In this document: positions 13,526-26,086 of the stretch, in pieces
Layout: every line of letters starts with the position of its first letter
How positions within the stretch are numbered: the stretch's first letter is position 1
From: Octopus sinensis
Lineage: Eukaryota
Length of the DNA stretch: 64,000 nucleotides
Assembly (NCBI RefSeq): GCF_006345805.1
Contig: NC_043012.1
Span: 14,446,001 to 14,510,000, forward strand
Reading direction: 5' to 3'
The notes under the pieces: generated by a model
Seen by the model: the letters and a program-made list of their open reading frames with translations, nothing else
The model's database searches: none
What the model was told of the DNA's origin: nothing
Position numbers and translations under genes: made by a program

Positions 13526-14845
13526 TTCGCACATTTGGATTTCAAATTATCATTTTTATAGCGTGCATAGAGAAGTCAATTATAAGATTCTACTGAAATA
13601 ACCTCTTGTTTACCTCACACTCAGCATATTTGCAAAATTTGCTTTCTTAATCATATTCAGGTTCTATAAGGCAATATTTTTTTATAATGTAACATTATTA
13701 TATTTCTATAAAATGTCACCATTTTTTGAAGAGCGACTTTTATTCGTGCTTCATAATTTTAAAGTCTGATAAATGCAATATCTCTCAACGAAATCCTCAA
13801 TTTCCATAGACAAAATTATATATAGGATATATAAATTATGTATGGTTCTTCTTTCCTTTACGCCCTCAACTGCAAAAATGAATTTTGTAGTTATTCTAGT
13901 AATGATATATATCCAAAATATAACTGATATTTCGGCAAGTCATGTTGCCTGAATAAACTTGACAAAATTAGTTTCAAACATTGGATTCCTCAACAAAAGA
14001 AACACTGATACATAAAGTGCTTCCCGCAGATAGGAATAATGACATTTTGAAAGGATATATCTGACTTCCACAGCAAAATTCGAACGTGAGAAATCATTAT
14101 ACAAATATTGGACATAATTCCTAGTTAATCAAAAAAGAAGCGGTAAAATCATTCATTTTCGCAGGCCCTTGCAGAGTGGTGAGGTTGATACTGATAATGT
14201 CCGACCTTAAAATCTTTGCGAAGAATTCCGGGAAGTAGCAGTTTGGTTAGGAATGTTTGGACACGATGCTGAGGGAAGATCCGAAGGAAAAGAAGGAATA
14301 AAAATGCCATGAGGAGAAGAAGAAGCATATAAGGAAAGGGAGCCTGGGATGAGGGCATTGAGGACGAAGAGGCGACGAGGCAGCTGATGAAGTATATAAA
14401 ACAGCAAGAAACAACAGTGATGCAATGATAATGAGTTAATTTTGCTTAATCAACTGAATAGCCCTCTGTTTTTATAGCGTGAGCATTATTTGATAATTAG
14501 AAGCAAAGAGCTGGCAGAATGATTAGAACGGCAGACAAAAATTTCTGCGGTATTTCTTCCGGTTCTGAATTCAAATTTCGCTTTCCATGGTCTTTAAAAT
14601 ACGTACCATTTGATCACTGGCACGCATGTAATCGAATCCTCCCCTAAAAATTAAAACAATTATTGAATAAGTGGCAGGTTCCATACAAAATGGAAGCATT
14701 AACTTATTCGAACATTTTGTCAGAACTCTTTTACTCTATTGATTCTGCCACACACATGAAACCAACGTGAGTGTTACCTTCTTATGTGATCATTTATTGT
14801 ATTTTATCATGTGGAAATAATTTATTGTTATTTTCTCTTATTCAG

Positions 14846-15058
14846 AAAGTTGAATCAACCGTTACCATCACCATCGACGACGTAAACGATCATGCACCTG
14901 AATTCAGCAAGTCCAACTACGAATTCAATTTGATGGAGAATGTCACGATTGGACAAATTGTTGGCCAAGTTACTGCTCTGGACAAAGATGATGGTATCAA
15001 TGGGAAGTTATCGTACAGTCTTTCTGGCAAAGGCAGTCAATATTTCAGTATAAAACTG
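14846..15058 (+). CDS. Cadherin-repeat protein, exon 2
   Basis: ttcAG acceptor and CTG|gtaact donor. KVESTVTITIDDVNDHAPEF...MEN...ALDKDDG...YSLS...FSIKL; joins exon 1 in phase 0. Confidence 0.93.
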
Positions 15059-15433
15059 GTAACTATTCAAACAATTAATATTCCATTTTCTTGTAAATTT
15101 CTGACTTTATCATTTTTTATTTTATTTTTCACTTTATGGAAAACGGCTATGAATTTGGGCTTACTGTGAAATCGCTGCATGGTTGTACAAACAATCAGAA
15201 ATGGCAACTAAATCTCCATCAAATTACATGCAACTGTTTCTAAAAGAAAGGATTAATTTGATAATGTAGTCTTAAACGGAGTGAGTTTGAAAAGGTATAA
15301 ACAACAGTTTGCGAATAGAACACCTTTGATTATAAATCTTCAGGACCAGCACTGAAATTGTTCTAAACAACATCTGCCAGAAAGTAAAGTAGTTTGAACT
15401 GGTTTCTAACATGAATCAAAATATTTCCATTTT

Positions 15434-15815
15434 AGGCGCAGGAATGGCTGTGTGGTAAGTAGCTTGCTTACCAACCACATGGTTCCGGGTTCAGTCCCAC
15501 TGCGAGGCACCTTGGGCAAGTGTCTTCTACTATAGCATCGGGTCGACCAATGCCTTGTGAGTGGATTTAGTAGACGGAAACTGAAAGAAGCCTGTCGTAT
15601 ATATGTGTGTGTATGTTTGGGTGCCTGTGTTTGTAACCCCAACATCGCTTGACAACCGATGCTAGTGTGTTTACGTCTCCGTAACGTAGCGGTTCGGGAA
15701 AAGAGGCCGATAAAATAAGTACTAGTTCTGGGGTCGATTTGCTCGACTAAAGGCGGTGCTCCAGCATGGCCACAGTCAAATGACTGAAACAAGTACAAGA
15801 GATACAAGAGACAAG
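15434..15815 (+). mobile_element. SINE family B (tRNA head, CORE-like GCACCTTGGGCAAG, internal microsatellite), full length
   Basis: AGGCGCAGGA..GTGGTAAG A box, GGTTCAGTCCC B box, and an AAGAG-type repeat tail. Confidence 0.9.
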
Positions 15816-16407
15816 AGAGATATCAATCCACAGCAAAAATGTTTACGCTTAAGAATCTTTCGGTGGGTGCTGCAGGCTAACGAAATACTTTACAAGAACG
15901 CAATGACCATCGAGGGATAAAAGCTTTCGTCAGAGATAGCGTCGTTTCTGCAGGATACGAACTGGCGACAGTTAGGTCAGTAGGTAAACACTTTTTCGAT
16001 TGTTTCAGCTGTCACAGTCTTAATAACTACTGAAAGCTAATCACATTTTTTGTTTTGCTTTGTTTCATAAATATATTGGACGTTAAAAAATATCAATTGC
16101 TATAATAACATTCACATTTGCATAACCAAAATCTGTCTTCGAATTATCTGAATTTTCAGAATATGAAAACCAGATACTGAATGAGAATTGCCAGCCATAT
16201 AAACTAATCAATGTAAAAATATAAACGAAGCGGATCCTGCAACTATAGTTTTCGGTTAATCTGATTAATATTTGACTGAATCAGATTATTTTATTTATTC
16301 TCACGATGAAGAATTACGTTCGTAGCATTAAGATACTGAAATTTAAACTTTAATATAAACGCTGAAAATTCTATAGGTCCACGTTTTCAATAATTATATT
16401 ATGTGGG

Positions 16408-16620
16408 GTGGTGAGCCGGTAGAATCGTAGCGCGCCGATCAAAATGCTTAGCAACATTTCGCCCGAGTTTATGTTCTGAATTCAAATTCCGCCGAGGTTG
16501 GCTTTGCCTTTCATCCTTTCGGGGTCTATAAAATAAGTATTAGTTGAGCATTGGGTTCGATGTAATCAACTTATCCTTCTCCCGCGAACTTGTTGACCTT
16601 GTGTCAAAATTTGAAACCAA
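16408..16620 (+). mobile_element. SINE family A copy
   Basis: Family A head and Meta-like core. Confidence 0.85.
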
Positions 16621-17591
16621 TAATTAAATTACAGACATGGGGACAGGATGACTTGTGGAAGGCAGCAACTTGGGGAAATGGTTGCATGCATTGCTGAGTG
16701 CTGATCTACAAAGACGAGACAATATGGATGGTAAAACAAAGAGGGAAATATATATGAAAGGCAATTGTGTAGAAGTCGCTAATGATAAAGAAGGCAAGAA
16801 ATGAAGGGGTAAATATTATAGAAGGCACAACACAACCATTTTTAACACACATACTCCTATTAAATATAGAGAGTAGACATATTTGCAACTAAGAGCCCTG
16901 AATGTTATCCTCATTCTACTTAAATTATCAATGAATTATAAATGTTATCACACACATATTTATAACAAATTTAACAGAAATATGTCATATTTATTTATTA
17001 TATTATGGTTACATTTTACACCTGTGAAGAATATTTCGAGTTCTTAACGAATCACAATACCCAGTTATGATGTTCTGGTAATGCTTGCCAACAACGTGAT
17101 TATTTACTCTACAGTAATTAAAATTATTGCGCTTGCTATAAAAAGCCCATGCTGTGTTTGATGTTGGTGTTCGCAACAATACAACGATTGTATCTTGCTG
17201 CAAGACAAAACTTCATATAAATACTTTTCTGAACACTAATAGACAGTAATATTCATTATTTAGTTAATTTTTTCGGATTAACAACTCCTAATTTCTGCAA
17301 TGAATGAAATAATGAAACAAAACTATTTTCTCTAACGTAATATGCAAATTCTATATTATCCAAGCTGTTTGCATCTTCTTTCAAATATTACAATATTTTA
17401 TCGATATAAAAGAGAATAATTTAATTACAGAAATACGTAAATAAACAAAGTAGATTAAAAAGAAATGTCTTTATTTCGGCTTTCATGCAACTTCAAACTT
17501 TGTAATGTTCGTGTTTTAAATAGGTTTTGCTTTTGTTGTTGTTTTTAATGTTGACCATTATATTTTCTTTCTTTTTGTTGCTGTTTTTCAG

Positions 17592-17699
17592 AATGGAGAA
17601 ATCTTTGTGAAAAGTTTGAGTACATTTCTTGATAAAGAACAAAACGATAATATAATTCTACAAGTTAAAGCAACAGATGCAGGAATTCCTCCAAGTCAT
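17592..17699 (+). CDS. Cadherin-repeat protein, exon 3
   Basis: tttttcAG acceptor and CAT|gtatgt donor. NGEIFVKSLSTFLDKEQNDNIILQVKATDAGIPPSH; phase 0/0. Confidence 0.9.
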
Positions 17700-18029
17700 G
17701 TATGTCACAATGGATCGACTTCATAAAGAAATATAAAACTTATTTCATATTAGGTTCAAAACTTATTGTAAACAACACAGCAGAGACACGTTCCATATTG
17801 TAGGAATTATCGATTTCTAAATACAGTTTGTTTTGGTTTCTATAGAAGAGCTAAATAACAGAAATTGTTTATTTCCATGAAAAATTGTTATACGTCAAAG
17901 AGCTGTAGCAGGTTGGGTCATGAGGCTCAAAAATTTGGGAGGAAAAAAAACATAACTTTAATTAGCAAAATACTCTGTATGCAGTAATCCGAAAATATCA
18001 GATGGCTTTGTACACATCGTTACAAACTG

Positions 18030-18166
18030 CTGACTCGTGCTTAATGTATCGACTCCGAAAGGATGAAAGGCAAAGTCGACCTCGGCAGAATTTGAACACG
18101 GAACGTAACAACAGACGAAATACCACTAAGCATTTTCGCGTGCTAAAGATTCTGCCAGCTTGCCAC
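18030..18166 (-). mobile_element. SINE family A copy
   Basis: Family A module, reverse orientation. Confidence 0.85.
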
Positions 18167-18708
18167 TTTGAAGTATTTCTACCTCACCTGCCGCGAATCA
18201 TTACATTAGTATGAAATCCTTAATGATAGCCTAATTACTTCGGGTTGACCATGTTTTATATTGGAATTCACAGAGAGTCGGGAGGAAGATGAAGACAGGG
18301 GAAAGATAAGAAACATTAGAAATATTTGAAGAGTACGACCCTAAAATGACTTGGGCACGGTTTTAGCACATAGCTATAAGATCGCTGTAATGGACCAATC
18401 CCTTACTCTAGAAACTGATGGCCTTCGGCTTTAATCAGAATCTATTAAGTCGATGAGCTGGAGAATCATAGGATCGTTGGGTAAAATTCCTTGCAATATA
18501 TTTCGGGCACTTTATGTTTTGTGTTCAAATCCTGCCTCGTTCAACTTGCTTTCCATTCCTACCTGTCCGATGAAACAAAGCACCACGCACATACTTATGT
18601 CGATGCCATCACCAAATCCCCTCCCCTCAAAAATTGCTCGCCTTATACCAAATATTTGATAGAATTGTTATTACTATTATTATTAATATTTAATCTTATT
18701 ATTATTAT

Positions 18709-18752
<44 letters not shown>

Positions 18753-18769
18753 ATAGTAGTAGTAGTATT

Positions 18770-19200
18770 GGCTGGGAGAACAGTGCATGCCATCAAAGTG
18801 ACACGGGGGTAAAATATGCGAAACCCAATATACCCATCATGACTACCCATCTGAGGAGTACACTAGGCACGTGTATCACAACCATATGTGCACGATTTGG
18901 TGACCTTGTACCAAGATAAACAACGTATGACCTTGCAGGTAGGTCCATGTGAGAATTTTCTTCAGGTCGAGTAACCCATCCCACTCAAGAGGTCCCTGAA
19001 TAAGCTTAGTTTAAGGATAATGAACAAAATACTCATGTTTCGAGGGGTGAATTATTCAAACCTCAAAGAATTCCTCTCAACATATGGGTATGATGCTCCC
19101 CCACTACTTCTGCTTGTGATCAGAGATGCACATATCGTCAGCCACTAAGGGACATGCTCAACTGGTTACGGTCAAACAACTGACAAGCAAATCTATTTTA
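18770..19200. mobile_element. Unclassified interspersed repeat between (TAG)n and (TTA)n tracts
   Basis: Higher-complexity non-coding block bounded by trinucleotide tracts. Family recalled from octopus sequence, not verified. Confidence 0.35.
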
Positions 19201-19212
19201 TTGAGCAGAATA

Positions 19213-19251
<39 letters not shown>

Positions 19252-19260
19252 CATCATTAT

Positions 19261-19470
19261 TAAGGCGGCGAGCTGGCAGAATCCCTAGCGCACTGGATGA
19301 AATGCTTTGCGGTATTTCACCCGTCGCTACGATCCGAATTCAAATTCCACCGATGTCGACTGTGTCTTTCAACCCCTCGAGGTCAATAAATTAAGAACCA
19401 GTGAAACATTGGGGTCTCCACCCCTAAATTTCAGACATTGTGCCTTTAGTATAAATTATTATTATTATTA
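19261..19470 (+). mobile_element. SINE family A, tail type b, flanked by (TTA)n on both sides
   Basis: TAAGGCGGCGAGCTGGCAGAA head; tail ...AAATTTCAGACATTGTGCC...ATTATTATT. Confidence 0.85.
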
Positions 19471-19615
19471 AATATCGTTTTAATCTTCAAAAACCTATAA
19501 ATATTCTAAATTCTTATTTAAATCATTGATACTGAATCTTATACGTTTTATTTTTTTTATTACAATTTAATAAAAATGAGAATTCTTCTTACCTCTGTTT
19601 TTCAATTAATCCTAG

Positions 19616-19744
19616 GATGTTGCGAGTATAAATATTGAAATACTTGATGTGAATGACAATGCACCCGTATTTAGCCGCCAGAAATATCAGGGATACATCG
19701 AAGAGACCTCGCCATCCTCAAGCAAGAATACATTTGTGAAAATG
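19616..19744 (+). CDS. Cadherin-repeat protein, exon 4
   Basis: cctAG acceptor and ATG|gtcagt donor. DVASINIEILDVNDNAPVFSRQKYQGYIEETSPSSSKNTFVKM. Confidence 0.92.
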
Positions 19745-20149
19745 GTCAGTTATATTTTTTCTCGATTTTTAATCATCCTTAACACAAACGTTTTAAAGTT
19801 TTTTTTTCTTTGTAGTTATCATGCTGACATGCATTTCAGATATTTTCATTCGATCACATCTTGTGTGACACCCAAATTTCTCAAAATTACACGTTTTCAT
19901 TGGTCTAACTTCGATTCAAGCAGTCCTTGTTGTTAATTGGCGACACTAATATTTCGAAAAATATTATCTATTCATATTGCATGTTCATACAAGCTCAACC
20001 TCCTTCCCTGCACAATTTGGGCGATAATACTAATGTCCAGGAATTTTTCATTTCAACGCAAACACTTGTCCAAGTAATTCTCATTATAACCAATTGAATT
20101 ACAAATGCTACCATCACGATAGAATATGTAATCCTTTCTTTCTCCCTCC

Positions 20150-20182
<33 letters not shown>

Positions 20183-20215
20183 ACTCTCTCTCTCTATCTC
20201 TCTCTCTCTCTCAGA

Positions 20216-20682
20216 CACTTACTTACTTATGGCGATATTCACCCTGGGCGGGTTGAGTCGGCTTCTTCTACCCCCCTCAAGGCATCTCGAACTATGGCAG
20301 CCCACGCACGACGGTCCTGCGCCAGTTCTCTGGAGATAACAATCCAGTCACGGTTCTATCGGCACAGGCCGACCACCTGCGGACCCGTGAGCACGGAGAG
20401 GTCCTCCTTGATCGTCGTAACCCAGGTCTTCAGCTGCCCGCCCGCGTGGTTCTGCCAGTTGGGAAGTGGAGTTGGTAGAAAGACATCACGGTTCAGTTCA
20501 CCCACCGGACGCCTACACGCATGGCCAAACCACCGCAGGTGCCGTTGCAGAAGGACAGATGGAAGGGGCCGCAGAGGTAGGCGAAGTCAGAGATTGGCGG
20601 TGGGAACTCGATCCACCCGACGGTAGCGAAGAATGCACCGGAGGCAGTCATTGTCGAAGACTTCCAGCTTTCGTTGATCGAA
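20216..20682 (-). mobile_element. RTE-clade LINE, 5'-truncated 3' end
   Basis: RKLEVFDNDCLRCIL...QRHLRWFGHA...GGQLKTW...IKEDL...LAQDRRAW with two stops, a (TAAG)n tail, and TSD TCTCTCAGA at 20207 and 20683. Confidence 0.88.
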
Positions 20683-20989
20683 TCTCTCAGATACACTATA
20701 CATAAACTCATATCAGTTGTGATTAACTTTATCACCTTTGCTTGTTTACTTAATCTGAAAAATTTCTTAATCATAACTTCATTACTGCTTCGTGAAATTC
20801 AATATCTGAGATATATAAATGTTATGAAGTTAACTGTTATTTCAGCTTTATTTATGTTTTTCCCCTTCCTGATAGCAGAATGAGTGCTATAAAAAATATG
20901 TTAGTTCAAAATGTTAATTCTATTTTTTCCTACACGAAAAAATAATTCTCAAAAACAAAATTATTTTTCCTTCTTTTACAATGATATTC

Positions 20990-21335
20990 TTATACCCAAC
21001 AGAAACCGGAATTTTGAAATATTTTTTTATTTTCTTAGTTTTACATGTTTACACTTTAATTGCCTTCAAAGTATTCTTCAGTTGAAGCTATGCATCGGTC
21101 CAGGCACATTTTCTACTGTTCGAAGCAGTTCTGGAACTCTTGCGAAGTGGTGTCTTTTAACGCATCCGCCGTTTTTTCTTCACCTCTTCCACATCTGCAA
21201 ATTCCGTAGCACCAACTTTCGTCACCGTGATGACCTTCGAAAAAAGGTCCTGATCAAATTTCAGCTGTTCTTTCATTTCACAACACGCATTCAGTTGTGA
21301 CTGCTTTTGATCTTCCGTAAAAACTGAAAAACCAC
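20990..21335 (-). mobile_element. Internally deleted mariner (DD34D-type) transposase relic
   Basis: LFSKVIT(G)DESWCYG (1-nt deletion) fused directly to FADVEEVK...FQNCFEQ...LDRCIAS.EEYFEG. Confidence 0.85.
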
Positions 21336-21989
21336 CACTAAGCAATTTTTCCCGTGTGGTAACGATTCTACCAGCTCGCTGTCATAAAGACCACAAATGT
21401 TAATACTGCCTTTAGATTTCATGTTGTAGCTCAAATCTCTTTCAGAATTGGGTGACAGATCCTTTTAGGAAAGGGTCAAACGTATTGATCTTGAATAGTA
21501 AAGCAGTTTATTTCATTGCATACGATATTCGAATATCTGTCTGATTGAATAAGGCGATTTTGCTGTTCTTCCTACAAAGATACTTAAAAATGAATCTCAA
21601 CCAAATACGACAGGCAAAATTTTTATCGTTACTCTCCTTTCGCAAAAATATATGACTTCCTTCTTAACTTAAATAATATTAAGTAGTTTATTGTTTGCTT
21701 TTTATAACTGATACTTTCGAAGGCATGGTGAAATAGTAGAACTTGTACAACACTGCACTAAATACGAACCAATATTTAGTTTATTTCTCTGTACTTTCTA
21801 CTTTAAAACACTACCCTCATTGACCTTACTATTGGCTTTGCTGTGGAATCAAAATGACTATATAATCCCCATACAAATGACTATACGACTCGCTTACAAT
21901 GCTGTGGCTTTATACAATCAAACCACGTAAGTATTGTCATTAAGATTCTGAGATGAACAATTTAAGAAGTGCATAAATATTCTTCTGTA

Positions 21990-22130
21990 CTCTAGGGACA
22001 AAGCCCGAAATTTTGTTGGGAGCATCCGATTAGATCGAATCCAGTACGCAACTGGTACTTAATTTATCGACCCCGAAAAGATGAAAGAGAAAGTCAACCT
22101 CGGCGAATTTGAACTTAGAACGTAAAGACA
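21990..22130 (-). mobile_element. SINE family A copy
   Basis: Family A module. Confidence 0.8.
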
Positions 22131-23211
22131 GAAACGTATAAATATTCACAGGAAAGCTTTGTTATTGGTTTCTTTTTAAATAATCACAGACGATTGTTAT
22201 TTGAAATAATGAATCCCAAAATAAAACATCAGTAGCTTAAATACAATGAACATGCAGTCCGAAGTTTTTAGATTAACCTCGGTATCTATTGGGAATGTAT
22301 ATTATAACTGAATCGGATCCACACATAGTCGGCGCTATCATGTACATGTTATGAAAACCTGCTGTGTTCTCCACCTTCTTCAGCATCATCCAGCGCAATG
22401 ATTTATTCTTCAAATTTTCGATATTTATGCTGCCATTAGAAAAGCAATTATCAAAACAAAATTAACATTGTTTAAATTCATACTTAATGTTAAAGCGTCA
22501 TTATTTTACCATAAATATGACATATTACATTATCTACAGCTGTATATATATAGTTATATACTCAAATCATTAACAGAACAATAACTAAGAAATGCAAACT
22601 ATCAGAGACTTTTCAAAACATTTTGAATTCTGAGATTTGATAGATTATCTTTTTGTAACAATGTTTTGTAAATATATCGTGTTTTTACTTTAACAACATG
22701 CAGTTTTATGCGACTCTGTTTATTGCTTCTAAGAGATACAATTAAAATGTGAACTAATATAATTCTTACATAAAAAAAACTCGGTTGTAAAGAATATAGT
22801 TTCGTCATATGATGTGCAATTTTATTCTGTTGCGGTTATGTTTTCTGCATAATGTTAATGTAGATAAAATAATCATTAACATATTTCAGGACCAGTTATC
22901 TTCACAACTACTGGCTGTCCGTTCCCTTAATCGCTAAAAATGCTGAAGCTGAAATATAACCGGTTTTGTCAGTCAATCATACTTAAACAATTTTAATCTG
23001 ATAAGCAAAATCCTTAGCGGCATTTCTTCTAGTTGTTTACGATCTGAGCTCGAATTGTGCCGAGATCGACTTTGCTTTTCAAACTTTCGGGGCTGATAAA
23101 ATATCACTTAACCATTGGGGTCGATGTAATCAACTAGCCCTCTGCCCCAACATTTCAGGCTTGTTGTCTATAATAAAAATGATACTTATACAAAGGCGAA
23201 ACATGCTGCCC

Positions 23212-23392
23212 ACTCAAAATAAAGGTAGAGGAGATATTGATAAATCGGGTATAGCTGATCATGTATGGGAAAATGGAGACCACCTCCCCCTGTGGAATGA
23301 AGTTGAAATAATAGACAGAGAACACCACTGGAAAATACGAAAACTAAAAGAAGCAGCACATATGCTAGGACACAACAACCTCCTAAGCAGAC
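23212..23392 (+). mobile_element. Penelope-like GIY-YIG endonuclease C-terminal fragment
   Basis: KSGIADHVWENGDHLPLWNEVEIIDREHHWKIRKLKEAAHM...LSR matches the PLE KS.IA.H.W...RK.KEA.HI pattern. A family A SINE lies just upstream (~23000-23165). Confidence 0.75.
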
Positions 23393-23464
23393 GGAGCGCT
23401 TTTATTGAATTAGGTGAATATATATTCACCTAATTCAATAAAATTATGAAGGTTACTCTTTAAT

Positions 23465-23835
23465 TATTTTATTTGTTTCAGTCATGTCACTGTGGCCATG
23501 CTGGAGCACCGCTTTTAGCCGAGCAAATCGACCCCAGGATTTATTCTTTGGAAGCCTAGTACTTATTCTATCGGTCTCTTTTGCCGAACGTAAACACACC
23601 ACCATCGGTTGTCAAGCGATGCTGGGGGGACAAACACAGACACACAAACATACACACATACACATACATATATATATATATATATACATATATACGACGG
23701 GCTTCTTTCAGTTTCCGTCTACCAAATCCACTCACAAGGCTTTGGTCGGCCCGAGGCTATAGTAGAAGACATTTGCCCAAGGTGCCACGCAGTGGGAATA
23801 AACCCGGAACCATGTGGTTCGTAAGCAAGCTACTT
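23465..23835 (-). mobile_element. SINE family B body, split by the ORF1-only insertion; head continues at 26111-26148
   Basis: The family B sequence resumes exactly after the duplicated GTAAGCAAGCTACTT. Confidence 0.9.
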
Positions 23836-24158
23836 TATTTCATAAATTTGTCATAGAGACAGTACAAAGAGCTCTGCGGGCTGGACAAACACATTAATGA
23901 ATGAAAATGAATTATAATGAATAAATGAGAGACGAAACACAACACCCGCCGATTGGATTTTTCTCGAAAACATATTTTCTTTTTTCTTTTTTAAATCAAT
24001 ATAAGGTTTCGAACCTTTTACAAGGAGGAGGCACTAAAACCTCTTACTTAACATATTTTCTTTTTTCTTTCTTAAAACACAAAATTGAGGTTATAAACCA
24101 CTACAAAATAGTCCAATAAGGTGAGGTTTCAAACCCTGTAACGAGGGTCTTTCACCGC

Positions 24159-25428
24159 CTACTCTTCGATATATGCATCGATATATTCATCATTATCTTC
24201 AATGCCGCTGGAGTTTCTGTATCTCGCCATTTCCCATGCCTCACTCATGTAGGACATGTAAGCCGTGTAAGGGCCACCCGGCCATATGCGACACTCCTCC
24301 TCAAATCCTTTAAGCCTTTCCCACAAGGGAAACCTTATGACCTCCACAGCTATCTGCGGAGGCCATTCGGGATCCCGTGTGAAGGGCGTATCTACTGTTT
24401 CTTTAAGTTCTTCTACTATTTTTTCCACCTCCCCGCCCTTGTAGAAAAAGATAATTAATTGATCATCTTTAAGGGTGGGGGTGGTTTCTTCCACCGTGAG
24501 TGGCACAACTTCGGGACATGCAGTCGGCACATCATCTCCCTGCTGAGATGACCCGTTCTTCTTTCTTTTTTTCCTTTCTTCCTGGCTTCGGGAGAGTGGA
24601 GCCCTTCCGCTTTGTCCAGAGACTCTCCCCCGCCTCCCGAAGCCTTAGGTTCCTTCGGCGGGCAACTATTGTTGCCCGCCTTCTTCCTTTTTAATCCTTT
24701 TTGAGTTGAGGAGGCTGAAGCCTCCTCGACCACATCCACCTCTCCCTTTGACCGGGTAGGGGAGGTGGCATCTGGTGACTGTTCCAGGACCTTACCATGG
24801 TCCTGGGGGCAGTTCCTTTTAATGTGGCCTGGCTGCAGGCACGAGTGACACTTTGGGGGACGTCCCTCAAGTATCACCGGATACCTGCAGCCAGCCATTT
24901 TCAAGAAATCTGGAAAAACCAGTTCTGTTGCGGCAAAAGGGGTCCACAGGGTCAAAATCGCTTTTGACCCTTCCCAATCGACCGCCGGCAATACTCTTAC
25001 ATTTAAGAGCCTGGGTCCGCCATCTCCCAGTCCCCGTTGGATGGTATCTTCAATCCAATCCGCTTCGGTGCCCGGGGGGAGCCCACATATCCAGGCTCGT
25101 ATTAATTTTCTTCCACAATATGACGGGAGAAACAGGATTTCCTTGCCTTCTAAAGGCTGACTCGCAAACTGGCGAGCTTTTCCCCCGTTGTCAAACAGCA
25201 ACCATATGGTTGCATGTTTGACACCACGGGATATATATTTTACAGAGGACAAATGCTCTTTAAGTTCATTTTTATGACTTGTTTTGGGAAGACGGTGATG
25301 GAATTAAGAACTTTAGAATATGTTCTAAGTACCATCGTCTTCTCTTCCATATCTTTTAACCATTGCTTAGGCGGGTTAATTTCCCACTCTAAGACAAAGT
25401 TTTTCTTTTTAAGTTCCTTTTCTGCCAT
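24159..25428 (-). pseudogene. ORF1/Gag-like protein with two frameshifts (near 25245 and 24500)
   Basis: Three overlapping ORFs (62, 265 and 123 aa). RAWICGLPP is RRM-like, and CHSCLQPGHIKRNC is a knuckle at 24809-24850. Confidence 0.8.
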
Positions 25429-26051
25429 GTCAAAAATCAGTTCAAAAGTAGTTCAAAAGACAGTCTGCCCAAAAATTAAACCGAATAAAAATAAAACAAA
25501 ATAAAGGGGAGGGGAGGAAACTGAAATTAAAGTAATGAAAAGAATGAACCAAAAATTTTTAGAAAGAAAGAAATAATAGAAGGGAAAAGTAAAAGAAAAA
25601 TCTCACAAATAGCACAGACAGGGAATCCTTTGTATAATACTCCAAAAAGGTAATCCAAATGGCTTATACTTTTTTTTTTTTTTTGGCGAGATACGCCCAC
25701 TAGAATTCACAAGAAGAATTTTCAAAAAAATTCTCAATTCACCGTTACGGCCAAAATTTAACACAACTGTAAAACAGTTAAAAAATCATTCCAAATTTCT
25801 TCTAGATACTCCTTAACAGGAACAACACTATTTTCAAACAAAAGTTTGGCAGGATACGCCTACCAAACCAATAATTTTCACAATTAAGTGAATAATATTT
25901 TCACTCAGCCTCCGGCAGACTAGAGCCTAGTGAGGACTTGTTGCTTGTAAAAATAATTTGCAACATACAACAGGTCCCCACTAGACCCCCAACATTCTTA
26001 CCTTACGGCTGAGTATTCAAAAGTCTTCAATTTAAGACGGCTTTCAAAAAC

Positions 26052-26086
26052 ACGTCTTACATCTTCGGTGTCAAGCACAACACTGA
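26052..26086 (-). promoter_or_regulatory. LINE-type internal Pol II promoter: Inr TCAGTG plus DPE AGACGT at +28 to +33
   Basis: With A(+1) at 26084, AGACGT at 26057-26052 gives the canonical spacing exactly. Confidence 0.65.

Noticed and set aside
14381-14425. CTGATGA...GAAA string
   Set aside because: No compatible stems I-III.
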